Below, in pieces: positions 47,768 through 58,706 of a DNA stretch of 64,000 nt. Within the stretch, counting starts at the first letter, position 1. The number at the start of each line of letters is the position of its first letter. Position numbers and translations under genes: made by a program. The stretch lies in the IMG/VR virus record IMGVR_UViG_3300046333_000120, one strand, 5' to 3'. This DNA is from a virus. A model generated the notes under the pieces. The model made no database searches and had not been told where the DNA came from. It saw nothing but the letters and a program-made list of their open reading frames with translations.

Positions 47768-49567
47768 ATGTCAGATACAACCAAGGGTTATTATGATAAA
47801 ATAAAGGAATCTATTTCCAATAAATCTAAAGAGGGATTTGAATATGCAAATAAATCAAGTTTAGGTAAAGGATTTATAAGTGCAATCAAAAGTGTAACAG
47901 GATATGATCCTTTAGGAACTGATGGCGCTAATCCAAATGGTGTGCATACTGGTGTTAGGAGAGGTGGTATTAGAATTAAAAGTAATGGTACACCTGATCA
48001 AACTAAAAATCGTGCTAAATCATCGGATGAACCATTTACAATAATATCTTCATCAAACTCTAAATACTATACTAAAGAATACGATTCTGAGAAATATAAA
48101 TCTACACAAGCAGGTAGTGAAGGTAAAGTCATTACAGTAGGCCCTAGACCATATTCTATTTTTAATAGCTATTCATTAGTTAATTATAGAGGTAATCCAT
48201 TGGATCTTAGTGTTAATGGATATGAAGCTGCAAGTGGAAAATATTCTAAGATAGATCCTTTAAGTTTAATTAATCCAACCGCCTCTAAGATTATAGAAAT
48301 GACAGGAAAGATTAAAGGCAACCTGGGATATAGATATAATTATTCTGATTTTGCACTAACTAAATATTTTGGAAAAATTCCAAATAATATGCTTATAACT
48401 TTAAGAAGGTTTGCATATCCATGTGCTGATGACATTATTACACCTAAGGCGTTATCTGCAGATGGTAAAACTATGGAAGCAATTGGACAACCCGATATTG
48501 CCAGAGCAGTAACCTGGTTAGGAGAAGCTCCTGGAAATTCAATGGGAGATATATTAAAGTTTAATCATGGATTTGGATGGAATGACGCAGAAGCTCAAGT
48601 TCAAACATTACAATCTAAAAAAGGAGCAGCAAGCGGAAGCTTTGGGAATATAGTTAATAGTAATAAATTTTTATCTGCTGCTGCAAACGCAGCAGCAGGA
48701 AAGGATGCTGTTTCTGCGAATGCAACTAAACAAAATGCAGGATATGACGCATTTTCAGATACGTATCCTAATCATGTTTTTGGTCCATTGAATGTTATTA
48801 AAAATACACTGGTAAGAGAACAAGGACTTAAATTTTCTCAGGAATTTACTCTTAAATTTGAATACGAACTTAAAAGTTTTGAAGGAGTTAATCCAAAGGT
48901 AATGATGTTAGATCAGCTATCAAATATTCTTGCGCTTACGTATAACAATGCACCATTTTGGGGAGGAAGTGTTAGATATATTAGTGATGGATCTGTTGCT
49001 AAACCATTGGGTGATTTAGCAAAACTTAGATCTGGTGACTATGGAGGGTTCATGGGATCCATTATTTCTGATATGGGAAATTTATTTAAAGGTGTTGCAA
49101 ACCCTGATAATTGGAAAAATTTAGCAAACAATAAACTATTAAATAATTTAATTGGTGGAAGTTTAATGGAAATGTTTAATACACCACAAGGAGGTCAAGC
49201 AGCGGCGGCCCTTTTAACAGGAGATCCTACTGGGCAATGGCATGTTACCGTTGGAAATCCATTAAATCCCATAATGGTTGTAGGTAATTTGGCAATGACA
49301 GATTGTGAAATTAATTTTGAAGGAGCTACTGCTCTTCAAGATTTTCCAGAAAAAATGGTAGTAGTTATTAAATTAAAACCAGCAAGACCTAGGGACAAGG
49401 CTGAAATTGAATCGATGTTTAATGCAGGTAGAGGAAGATTCTATGTTCAACCTGACGATGTGGCAGACATTAATGATACAGTGGATGTTAGTGCATACGG
49501 AAATAAAGATGGCAAAAGAACTGCTAGCGAATTTGTGAATGTATTTAGAAAAATAAGTAATGGATAA
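47768..49567 (+). CDS. Putative baseplate/tail structural protein
   Basis: Position upstream of the gp53-like gene; tube-initiator-like C-terminal region. Confidence 0.5.
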   Translation: MSDTTKGYYDKIKESISNKSKEGFEYANKSSLGKGFISAIKSVTGYDPLGTDGANPNGVHTGVRRGGIRIKSNGTPDQTKNRAKSSDEPFTIISSSNSKYYTKEYDSEKYKSTQAGSEGKVITVGPRPYSIFNSYSLVNYRGNPLDLSVNGYEAASGKYSKIDPLSLINPTASKIIEMTGKIKGNLGYRYNYSDFALTKYFGKIPNNMLITLRRFAYPCADDIITPKALSADGKTMEAIGQPDIARAVTWLGEAPGNSMGDILKFNHGFGWNDAEAQVQTLQSKKGAASGSFGNIVNSNKFLSAAANAAAGKDAVSANATKQNAGYDAFSDTYPNHVFGPLNVIKNTLVREQGLKFSQEFTLKFEYELKSFEGVNPKVMMLDQLSNILALTYNNAPFWGGSVRYISDGSVAKPLGDLAKLRSGDYGGFMGSIISDMGNLFKGVANPDNWKNLANNKLLNNLIGGSLMEMFNTPQGGQAAAALLTGDPTGQWHVTVGNPLNPIMVVGNLAMTDCEINFEGATALQDFPEKMVVVIKLKPARPRDKAEIESMFNAGRGRFYVQPDDVADINDTVDVSAYGNKDGKRTASEFVNVFRKISNG

Positions 49568-50076
49568 TGAAATTTAGCACATTAGAACTAAAACCATTTT
49601 CAATAGATGGAAGTAAAATAATATTAACAACACCTACTGTTGTTTTTGCAGGCGATACTAATATAATTGCAGAACATATTATAACAGAGGATCAGATAAG
49701 TAGAATGGATTTAATATCTTTAAAGTATTATACCGATGCTAACTATGTTGATTTTATTTTAAAATGGAATAATATATCAAATCCTTTTATATTGAATATA
49801 GGGGATGTGATTGAAATTCCATATCATAAATCTGTTTTGAAAACTGTTATTCCAGTTAAAATATTACAAACATCTACTGAAAGTGCATTTAATGCTTCTA
49901 TTCGTAATCAATTCATTGACACTAAAAGATTACCTATTAAAGACGTTAAAAGAATTGAATATTTACAAAGAAAGGCAGCTCAAAAGACAAATGGATCTAA
50001 ACAAATATTACCACCTAATATATTAAAAGAAGGTGAAAATCATATATCAATCGGGAACGGTACAATAATTATTTAA
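49567..50076 (+). CDS. Baseplate wedge protein, T4 gp53-like (LysM-like)
   Basis: RMDLISLKYY...ILKWNNISNPF..NIGDVIEIP. Confidence 0.75.
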   Translation: MKFSTLELKPFSIDGSKIILTTPTVVFAGDTNIIAEHIITEDQISRMDLISLKYYTDANYVDFILKWNNISNPFILNIGDVIEIPYHKSVLKTVIPVKILQTSTESAFNASIRNQFIDTKRLPIKDVKRIEYLQRKAAQKTNGSKQILPPNILKEGENHISIGNGTIII

Positions 50077-50079
50077 TAA

Positions 50080-51555
50080 ATGGCATCAATAGACAATCAT
50101 ATATTAACGATAACAGAACCTACTATTAAATTAGATAAAATTGAATTTGCATCGATGGGCGAAGGCGAAGGAAATGATAACGCTAATTTATCTAAAGGTC
50201 TAAATTTGGTTATATCAATTAATAGATATATGTTTAATATGGAAAATATTAAAAGTATGTTAGTTGATTGTATGGGAATTTTACCTACAATAGATTTAGT
50301 ACTTATAGATACTAATGGACAGTTTAGCGTTGATACATTTCCACGTGATGGTGATGTAATAAATCTTAGAATAGGTTCACTTGACAAAAAAACATACAAG
50401 GATATTAGAATGGATTTCGATATTGTAAATGTTGAAACTCCACAACAAGGAGCTGATGTAAAGGGTGGTAAGTATATTTTTACAGGAAGACTTAAAGTGC
50501 CTGGTTTATACTCAGAGGATTGTAAATCGTATGGGAAAGGAACCTCATTAGACCATATAGAATCCATTGCAAACGATTTAAAATTAGGGGTGGCAACTAA
50601 TATCGATTCCGCCGATGATGAGATGAATCTAGTAATACCATTTAATTCAATGTATGATACACTAGAAGATCTTGTAAGGCACTCTTACATCGATGAAGAT
50701 AGTTTTCAAGCGTTTTGTATAGATCAATATTATTATGTTAATTATGTTAATTTAAATAAATTATTTGATTCTGAAGAAACATTGGAGGATGCTATTTTAG
50801 CATATGGTCCAGATTTTACAGATATGCCATCTGCAAATATTAAAGATGATGCCATAAATCAAGCTAAATTACCTCTTGTTTTTTCAAATCATATGAGAGA
50901 TCAAGGTACTAATAGATTTATATCTTCGCAATCCCTTAAAAATAGATCAGGCGCATCTGCAAAAAAGAATGGTTATAAAAGAGTTTTACAATATTATGAA
51001 AATGATTCTGAAGAGGGATTAGTTTCACACTATATTGAACCTCTTGCTAGTAAAAATATGAAAGATATCGATGAACCTATGAAAGGTAGGAGAGATGAGG
51101 ATCGATATAAAAATGAGATTAAATATAAGTATGTTGGAAGAAAATCAGGAGACCCTGAAACTTCAAATGTGCATCTTAACTATGAATATGCTGCGATTGC
51201 TAACGCACAAAATATTGATGAGGTTAAAAAAATGTCATTAGATATAGAATTACCAACGTTTAATCCGGCAATACACAAATATCATAAAATCCCTGTATTT
51301 ATTTATAATAATGATAATGATAGAATGTTAGCTGGAAAACAAATAAATGACGCAAAAGATAAAGGAGGATTTGATACAACAAAGATTGTCGATTCAAATA
51401 TAGGAAATCCGGCAGTTTACGTCATTGATGAATTTTTAAGTGGATATTACATAGTAGGAGGAATTCAATATATCTATAAGGCGGGTAACGCATCAGTTTC
51501 ACAAAAGGTAAATTTACTTAGAAGAGAGTGGCCAAGTAGAATAAATAATATTTAG
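50080..51555 (+). CDS. Putative baseplate hub protein
   Basis: Synteny with gp53 and gp5; LSGYYIV..I.Y..LLRREW C-terminus. Confidence 0.55.
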   Translation: MASIDNHILTITEPTIKLDKIEFASMGEGEGNDNANLSKGLNLVISINRYMFNMENIKSMLVDCMGILPTIDLVLIDTNGQFSVDTFPRDGDVINLRIGSLDKKTYKDIRMDFDIVNVETPQQGADVKGGKYIFTGRLKVPGLYSEDCKSYGKGTSLDHIESIANDLKLGVATNIDSADDEMNLVIPFNSMYDTLEDLVRHSYIDEDSFQAFCIDQYYYVNYVNLNKLFDSEETLEDAILAYGPDFTDMPSANIKDDAINQAKLPLVFSNHMRDQGTNRFISSQSLKNRSGASAKKNGYKRVLQYYENDSEEGLVSHYIEPLASKNMKDIDEPMKGRRDEDRYKNEIKYKYVGRKSGDPETSNVHLNYEYAAIANAQNIDEVKKMSLDIELPTFNPAIHKYHKIPVFIYNNDNDRMLAGKQINDAKDKGGFDTTKIVDSNIGNPAVYVIDEFLSGYYIVGGIQYIYKAGNASVSQKVNLLRREWPSRINNI

Positions 51556-51593
51556 CAATTTTGCGCACCATAATAAAAAACAATATATAATGT

Positions 51594-52832
51594 ATGTCAG
51601 ATTTTAGAAACGTATCGGATTTTAGAAAAGGTTCATTTAAAAAATATCCATATCAGGATCCTACATACCTTTCATTTGCTATTCTATTTGATTGGTATAA
51701 CGCCGAAGAATCTCCACTGTTAGCAGGAAGCGGTGATATCACTAAACCCGATACATTAGGTCCAGCTGAATTATTCTTATATGAATTAGGAAACGCTGGA
51801 GGAGATTCTAGTCAATATTATAAAAATAAATTTGAGGATCTTATTAATTTTAAAAAAGCGCTTAAAACAATTAATGATGAAATGCCATGGTACTGGCAAT
51901 CACTAAAGGGGCTTGAAAGAGTTGTACAGCATGATCCTATGAATGCATATTTAGGAGGTGATGATGCTAAAATAGAAATAGAAACATTAGAATCTCTTAA
52001 TTTACCAATTGCAGGTTTAATGCATTTGTATCGTAGCGCGATTTTTGATGAAACAAAGTGGACATATATACTGCCAATTAATCTTAGAAAATTTAAAATG
52101 TATATTTATGTTACTGAGGTTAGAAGTATTCAAACAAATATTAGTACTAAAACAAATGGAATTCCTTCTAAATTAAATAAAGATGCTGTTAGTGGATTTC
52201 CCGGTAACTTTAAACCTACGATTGATTCACAAAATGAAAATGCTGGAATTATGGGATCTTCCGGAAGACCATATTTCATGACAGGTTTAGGATATTGTGA
52301 ATTTGATATGACAACAGGTACTACTATTTTTGCAGATCTTTCTAAAAATCCAGAAATGGCAACAAATTCAATTACCTTAAAATACGAAACATTAGAAAAA
52401 GTTGAAGCAAGGGTACTTAATGGAATTATAGAGGAATCTGCATATGCAAAAAATAATGTATCTCCTTCACCTGATTCTGAATTTTTTGAAAATTCTGTTA
52501 AAACTCCATTACAATTAGCTAAAGAAAAAGCAACAGGAAGGATAGTTGATATTACAGGCAAAGGTATTGAGACTGCAAATAAATTAGTTGAAGATAAAAA
52601 AAGAGAAATTGAACAAGAAATTAGAACAAGGACTGTTAACCGAATTCCATCAATGGAAAATGTATTTTCAAACGTTGTTAGAAAAATAGATAATGCAACA
52701 GATGTTACTCAGCAAAAGAGAAATATAGGAAATGCAATACAGGCAAATGTTAATGGAAATGTAGTTGGGAGCACTCTTAAACAAGGATTAGATATTGCTG
52801 CTGTTAAAAACTTAGGAAATATATATAAATAA
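51594..52832 (+). CDS. Putative tail/baseplate structural protein
   Basis: Synteny. Confidence 0.45.
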   Translation: MSDFRNVSDFRKGSFKKYPYQDPTYLSFAILFDWYNAEESPLLAGSGDITKPDTLGPAELFLYELGNAGGDSSQYYKNKFEDLINFKKALKTINDEMPWYWQSLKGLERVVQHDPMNAYLGGDDAKIEIETLESLNLPIAGLMHLYRSAIFDETKWTYILPINLRKFKMYIYVTEVRSIQTNISTKTNGIPSKLNKDAVSGFPGNFKPTIDSQNENAGIMGSSGRPYFMTGLGYCEFDMTTGTTIFADLSKNPEMATNSITLKYETLEKVEARVLNGIIEESAYAKNNVSPSPDSEFFENSVKTPLQLAKEKATGRIVDITGKGIETANKLVEDKKREIEQEIRTRTVNRIPSMENVFSNVVRKIDNATDVTQQKRNIGNAIQANVNGNVVGSTLKQGLDIAAVKNLGNIYK

Positions 52833-53551
52833 TGGCAACTGATAAGGAATTAGATAAAGATAATATTAGAGAAACCCATTGGATTGGTGAGGTCGTAGAT
52901 AATAATGACCCTAAATTTCTAGGAAGATGCAGAGTAAAGGTATTTGGAAAATTTGATAAATTACCAAATGACTCAATTCCATGGGCAACTCCAATGAATA
53001 GAGACTTTGCAGGTTCTCATCATACTCCTAATTTAGGTACTATTGTTGCAGTTCGTTTTGACAATGGAAATATATACCACCCCGAATATTGGTTTCAAAT
53101 AAATCAAAGTAAATCGTTAAAGAAAGATATTCTAGATGCATCAGAGGCCGCACATAATGTAGTTTCATTAGTATATGACGAAGTAAGAAATATTAGAATC
53201 TATCACTCGCCTGAGGATGGACTTGTAATTACGAGAGGTAGTGGAGCTAAAGAAAGACCTTTAATTCAAATTGATGAAAAGGGTTATATTAAAATTTCAA
53301 CTACTGAAAAAATATTCCTAGACTCTGGAAATATATTTTTAAGTAATACAGGAGAAGGTTCAGAAGATGAAAAAGAACCTGCAGTTAGAGGAGTTTCATT
53401 AGAAAAATGGCTAAATAAATTATTGGATGATTATCAAAAGCACATACATCCTACACCTACTGGACCTTCTGGTCCACCATCAACCCCGACTCCTATGACT
53501 ATTTCAAGTTTAAAGAGTAAACATATTGATTACCAACAAAAGGGAAAATAA
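52832..53551 (+). CDS. Baseplate central spike, gp5/gpV-like OB-fold
   Basis: GEVVDNNDPKFLGRCRVKV...PWA; C-terminal HIH motif. Confidence 0.82.
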   Translation: MATDKELDKDNIRETHWIGEVVDNNDPKFLGRCRVKVFGKFDKLPNDSIPWATPMNRDFAGSHHTPNLGTIVAVRFDNGNIYHPEYWFQINQSKSLKKDILDASEAAHNVVSLVYDEVRNIRIYHSPEDGLVITRGSGAKERPLIQIDEKGYIKISTTEKIFLDSGNIFLSNTGEGSEDEKEPAVRGVSLEKWLNKLLDDYQKHIHPTPTGPSGPPSTPTPMTISSLKSKHIDYQQKGK

Positions 53552-53583
53552 TAAGAATATATAACTTATTAAAATAATAAGAC

Positions 53584-55209
53584 ATGCCTGCACAGTGGCC
53601 AACATTCATATATAATCTTTCAAATAAACTGAACAGTAGAAATTCTACTGGCCCAGACAATATTGGTATGTTTGTTGCTAATGAATATTTCAACGCTGTT
53701 AAAACTTCACAAACACTATTTGGTAATATACATAAATCTGGTCAAAAATCAATATTAGAAGAAGGATTTAAAAAAGCCTTTAATATGTTGTATAATTCAA
53801 AGGAACCTACTCTAATTGATAAATTTGGAAATGAATTATATGATGATATGTTTGAAATATTTCCAGAAATAGATATAAAGAATGATCCATTCTGTGACAT
53901 GGAAAGCTGGCTCATTGAAAACAAGGATACAATCGAACCTTTTATGTTTTATCAATTTTTTCCATCAACATGCCCTATTGAACCTCCTATTGATGCTAAT
54001 GTATTTGGAGAAATAGATATAACATTAGAAAATCTATCTGAAGTTATTACAAATACTCAACGTAATGAAGTTATCATGAAGGTTACAGGGGGTGACGGAG
54101 AAGCACCATACATAATTACATATAAACTAAATGGAGTTGTATTTAATACTACCACTGATTCACAGAGTGTATCAAGGGTTAGAATACCAACAGAACCTGG
54201 ATTTTACGAATATGTGTTTGAAAGCGCTATAGATTCTACTGGAAAAATAGAATTAAAAAATGTTAATCAAAAGGCTTCAATAGAAATAAAACCAGATGAA
54301 GTTCCTCGTATTATTATAGTTGATCAAAAACCAGAGAGACAGATTGTAGAAGATATGAATGAAGCCGCACGATTGAATTATGTTGCTAATAGAATTTTAA
54401 TGCAAAATGATGGAAGTGAATTCTTTAGAAGATGGATTGAAAATATAGATATTAATAGTTCTGACCCTTTTCTTAGGATGGTAAAGGAACGTGTGTTGAA
54501 TAATATGGCTTCCGGAATATCGTTTAATCGTAATCTAAGAGATAACTTTTTTCAAGAGGAATATAAATTGCATACTAAACAGTTACCAAAATGGCTTACG
54601 GTTGAATTTATAATAAGATATGTGTATGAACCTTCTAGAAATAAGTATCTAAGTTTATCTGATTACAAAAAGTCAACTGGAGATTTTATAGGAGCTTTTT
54701 ATACTAAATATAAAAAGAAGGCAGATAAAGATGCGTTAGAGGTTAAACAAAATAGATATAAGATAGAGCAGGAACGATTCAATGAATTGAAAAGAAGATG
54801 GATTTTAGAAATTTCAGAAAAAGAAAAAGAAAAAGAAGAGAATATAGATGAAAATGACGCTTATTTTGTCATGGCAGATTGCATTGTAAAATATTGGATG
54901 TCTACTGGTCCTGCCCCATTTAGCAAGGCTCCTCCTATTCCTCCGTGTAATATTCCAGATCCTGGAGTTTTTTTACCAATATCATACGGTAGTACTCGTA
55001 CTTTAGCAAATGACTTAAGAAAGGCATGGAATTCTGGTAAAAGATTTGAATTAGATTATTTAAATAGACCTGCCTCAAAAATAGTTGCAACGGCGGTTGC
55101 AGTATCATGTGCTAGACACTTATTAAAATTAAAATTCACATATATCGGTAAATTAACAATTGGAACTGCAACATCACCCATGGTGGGATTTAGTAAACTT
55201 GCATTCTAA
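53584..55209 (+). CDS. Putative structural protein
   Basis: Synteny; Ig-like VTGGDGEAPY segment. Confidence 0.45.
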   Translation: MPAQWPTFIYNLSNKLNSRNSTGPDNIGMFVANEYFNAVKTSQTLFGNIHKSGQKSILEEGFKKAFNMLYNSKEPTLIDKFGNELYDDMFEIFPEIDIKNDPFCDMESWLIENKDTIEPFMFYQFFPSTCPIEPPIDANVFGEIDITLENLSEVITNTQRNEVIMKVTGGDGEAPYIITYKLNGVVFNTTTDSQSVSRVRIPTEPGFYEYVFESAIDSTGKIELKNVNQKASIEIKPDEVPRIIIVDQKPERQIVEDMNEAARLNYVANRILMQNDGSEFFRRWIENIDINSSDPFLRMVKERVLNNMASGISFNRNLRDNFFQEEYKLHTKQLPKWLTVEFIIRYVYEPSRNKYLSLSDYKKSTGDFIGAFYTKYKKKADKDALEVKQNRYKIEQERFNELKRRWILEISEKEKEKEENIDENDAYFVMADCIVKYWMSTGPAPFSKAPPIPPCNIPDPGVFLPISYGSTRTLANDLRKAWNSGKRFELDYLNRPASKIVATAVAVSCARHLLKLKFTYIGKLTIGTATSPMVGFSKLAF

Positions 55210-55259
55210 AAAAACATATATATAACATAATAAATTATTAATACTTAAAAACAAAAAAA

Positions 55260-56450
55260 ATGTCAAAAACACAGTTAGTAACAGAAGGAATTATTGGATT
55301 TGATTGGGATGCACATTTAGCAGATTGTCCATCATCATATAAAAGACCAAATTCACATGTAAAAACAAATGATGGTCACAAAGTTTATTCTAGAGAACCT
55401 TATGCTCAAGAACTTTATGATTTAATGGAAAACTCATTTTCACAAACGCCACATGTATTTGCTGTAAATGTTGGAGAAACATATACTGGTAAAGTATATT
55501 CAGTTGATACTGAATGGGCATCTATTGACGTAGGTCATAGAGAAATGGTATATGTGAATATGTCCAGAGAATCAGATATTTCAAAATCAAAATTAGTACC
55601 AGGTACTGAAGTATCTGTTGAAATTACAGGAGATAGAAATATTAAAGGGTTTGTTATTGGATCTGTTGAAGCTGGAATTAAAGCGGCAATTCTTAGAGAA
55701 ATTTTAGCATCAATCGAAGGTGGAAACACCGCGTATATTGGAACAGTAACTGGAATGATTCCAAACGGTGGATATTTCGTAAATGTGCAAGGTGTGGATT
55801 GTTTTATGCCAGGTTCACTTGCAGGAATTAATAAACTTGCGGAATTTGAGTCTATTCTAAATACACAAATGTATGTTGTTCCTATGAGTTATTCTCCTGA
55901 AAGAGGAACTGTAATTGTTTCGCATAGAAAATATTTACAAGCAATGATTCCTAGTAGAGTAGAAGAACTTAGAAATAATATTGGAGAAACAAAAACAGGT
56001 AATGTTACTGGTTCTGCTAAATATGGTGTATTTGTTGAGTTTGATGGATGTTTAACTGGAATGATTCATGCAAATGATTTAACATCAGAAATGGCCAAGA
56101 AACATAAGTCTAGAGAAATACTGCCTGGTGATGAAATTGAATTTAAAGTTAAAGAAATTATTAGTGATACTAAAATTACTTTAACCCAATTAGAGTATGC
56201 TGAAACAGTAGATCCATGGAAAGAAATTGCAGGAAAATATAAATCATTTCCAACAGAAGTACAAGGTTCTATTAAGTCAGTTAAAGACTATGGAGTATTT
56301 GTTGATATTGGAGATGGAATTGTAGGGTTATTACATGTATCTGAATTACCAGAAGGAATGGAAGTTGAATCTCTTACTAAAAATAGTCCAATTACAGTAC
56401 AAGTTACACGAATTGATATTGACACACGAAAAGTTTTCTTAAAACTATAG
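55260..56450 (+). CDS. rpsA: Ribosomal protein bS1-like (four S1 domains)
   Basis: CFMPGS, YGVFVEF..LTGMIH, DPW, YGVFVDIGDGIVGLLHVSEL. Confidence 0.82.
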   Translation: MSKTQLVTEGIIGFDWDAHLADCPSSYKRPNSHVKTNDGHKVYSREPYAQELYDLMENSFSQTPHVFAVNVGETYTGKVYSVDTEWASIDVGHREMVYVNMSRESDISKSKLVPGTEVSVEITGDRNIKGFVIGSVEAGIKAAILREILASIEGGNTAYIGTVTGMIPNGGYFVNVQGVDCFMPGSLAGINKLAEFESILNTQMYVVPMSYSPERGTVIVSHRKYLQAMIPSRVEELRNNIGETKTGNVTGSAKYGVFVEFDGCLTGMIHANDLTSEMAKKHKSREILPGDEIEFKVKEIISDTKITLTQLEYAETVDPWKEIAGKYKSFPTEVQGSIKSVKDYGVFVDIGDGIVGLLHVSELPEGMEVESLTKNSPITVQVTRIDIDTRKVFLKL

Positions 56451-56452
56451 TA

Positions 56453-56533
56453 GTTAACAACTTTTTTTAAAATAATTAACCCGAGATTTTTTAGTCTCGG
56501 GTTTTTTGTTTATATTTACATTATAATTAAAAC
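56453..56533 (+). promoter_or_regulatory. Terminator plus class I promoter cassette
   Basis: aacccgaga/tctcgggtt hairpin with T-run, then tatatttacattataattaaaac. Confidence 0.75.
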
Positions 56534-56546
56534 AAATATATAATAT

Positions 56547-57350
56547 ATGAACAAGCTTAAGACATACTCTCAATTTTTAAACGAATCAAAACAAAATAAT
56601 ATAGTTAATGTTATTTTAGATGCACTAGAACCTACTATTGTTGAAATGGTATCTTCTACTGAAAAATGGTTTGTTGAAACATTTAAACAAGAATTTACTA
56701 AGTATGATAGAGAAATGGCAAGGCTTAATCTAATTTTTGATATGGTAAAAGCTATCGAAACATATACTCTTCCAACAGATTCGTTGATTTCATTGAATGT
56801 TAGTAAAAGTGCTAAAGGAAATATTCAAATAGATGCCCAAATTCAAAGAGGAGAAACTACTTATAGTTTTTTAACAGAAGCAATTTATACAGGAGGACAT
56901 AATATCCAAGTACTTCATTATAGATATATTGTTAAAACTAATCTTCCAAAAAATGGAGCTACTGAAATTACTAAAGAGTATGCCGACAAAATTAAGAAAA
57001 TGTCAAAGCTTGAAAAGTTAAATAAAGAAATAAATAGCTACACTATACGTATTAAAAATGCTGAAGAAAAGGTTGAAACTAATTCTAAAGTAACGGATGA
57101 AGAAATATTAAAAATCTTAAAATCTAGAGAAGATTGGAAAGAATCTCCAACATGGGAAGAGATAATCCGAAGAGATGCTGCTAAAAATTATAATAACGAT
57201 GAAGCGCACTACTACCAAGAACAAGAAAGATATTTAAATTCTAGAATAGAACACTGGAAATATCTAAATGTAAATTCAAATAAATCATGGTTAGTAGGAG
57301 CAGCAAAGGAACTTAAAAAACTACAATCTAAATTAGATTCATTGGTATAA
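56547..57350 (+). CDS. Hypothetical protein with MNKLKTYSQFLNE tag
   Basis: N-terminus close to the T4 capsid-targeting sequence MKTYQEFIAE. Confidence 0.6.
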   Translation: MNKLKTYSQFLNESKQNNIVNVILDALEPTIVEMVSSTEKWFVETFKQEFTKYDREMARLNLIFDMVKAIETYTLPTDSLISLNVSKSAKGNIQIDAQIQRGETTYSFLTEAIYTGGHNIQVLHYRYIVKTNLPKNGATEITKEYADKIKKMSKLEKLNKEINSYTIRIKNAEEKVETNSKVTDEEILKILKSREDWKESPTWEEIIRRDAAKNYNNDEAHYYQEQERYLNSRIEHWKYLNVNSNKSWLVGAAKELKKLQSKLDSLV

Positions 57351-57397
57351 TTATTTACTAAGATATATAACTTAATAAGTAATATATCTATACAGTA

Positions 57398-58690
57398 ATG
57401 AATAATCTAAATGATGCAAATATTTTACAGAATGCTTTAGTAGGTGTTGAATTTGAATTTTATTCAAATTTATCAGCTGAAGAAACTGCAGATCAAATTG
57501 CAAAAATGCTTGGCAAAAAAATTCACGTTGAGAAGAAAGCGCATAGCGATTTTGAAGTAACTCGGGATGAATTTAAAATAGAACCTGATATGTCAGGTGG
57601 CGCTAAACTATTAGAATTAGTTACAGGTGCACTTCCTTACTTTGCTGCAAGATTAATGATAATTAAAGTATGTGATTGGATTGAAAAGAATGGATATACA
57701 AATGATCGTTCATCAATTCACTTAAATCTTTCTTTTGATAAATCTAAGATAGAGAATAAATATAGAATCTCTAAAATGAATACTCTTAAATTCATTTTAG
57801 ATTTTAATGAAGAGCAGGTGTTTAAATTCTTTCCAAAGAGAGAAAATTCAGCATATGCAAAATCAATTAAATTTGTTTTACCTAAAGAAGATACTTATTT
57901 CTTTGATGGTAAATATATCAATCAACAAAACTTTATATTTCCAGATACTAAATATTATGGTATCAATTTCGAAAAGAGACATAAAAATTATCTTGAATTT
58001 AGATATGTTGGCGGTGCAGATTGGGAAAAGAAAACAACTACAATTTTACATCTAGTCGATAGTTTTTTATTACAAGTATGGAAATCAACTGAAAATACTG
58101 AATTCTCAGGATTAAATGCAATCGAACTTAAAAAAATAATTTCTAAAAATCAAAGAATAATTGATGCAAGAAAGAATTGGAAAACAATACAAGATAATTG
58201 GAATGATGTTAAATTTACAGTTGATTTAAAGGATGATCCTAAAGTAGTAGATCTTTATTGGCCTAGTGTTAAAGAACGTGTTATGAAATTATTTACGCAT
58301 GGTACTTTAACAAAAGGACATGTCAATTACGATTCAGACAGTGGCAGAATTCAAGTAGCTAATGGTAAATTAGAGTACTGTGTAGATTTACATGGATATG
58401 AATTTATTGGTTGTTTCTTAAGAGGAGAATTTTCAGAATGTGATATGTATGGATGTGATATACATGGATCTGATATACACTACTGTAATTTCTATTCAAG
58501 TACTCAAATAAATTCAAGTAAATTAGATTCATCATATGTGCATGGTTCATGCGTTACGTCAGATTGCTATGTATATGGAAAAGGAATATTTAAAGGTACT
58601 ATGAATGGCGGTATTTTTAGAGAAGGTAGTTATGATAAAAAACTTGCAAAATTTAATGATGTTGAAATCATTAAATATAAATTAATATAA
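57398..58690 (+). CDS. Putative amidoligase (COOH-NH2 ligase) with C-terminal beta-helix-like repeats
   Basis: VGVEFEF, EPD.S...ELVT, SSIHLN, KYYGINF, LEFR. Confidence 0.72.
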   Translation: MNNLNDANILQNALVGVEFEFYSNLSAEETADQIAKMLGKKIHVEKKAHSDFEVTRDEFKIEPDMSGGAKLLELVTGALPYFAARLMIIKVCDWIEKNGYTNDRSSIHLNLSFDKSKIENKYRISKMNTLKFILDFNEEQVFKFFPKRENSAYAKSIKFVLPKEDTYFFDGKYINQQNFIFPDTKYYGINFEKRHKNYLEFRYVGGADWEKKTTTILHLVDSFLLQVWKSTENTEFSGLNAIELKKIISKNQRIIDARKNWKTIQDNWNDVKFTVDLKDDPKVVDLYWPSVKERVMKLFTHGTLTKGHVNYDSDSGRIQVANGKLEYCVDLHGYEFIGCFLRGEFSECDMYGCDIHGSDIHYCNFYSSTQINSSKLDSSYVHGSCVTSDCYVYGKGIFKGTMNGGIFREGSYDKKLAKFNDVEIIKYKLI

Positions 58691-58706
58691 AAATAGAAAC
58701 AATATA

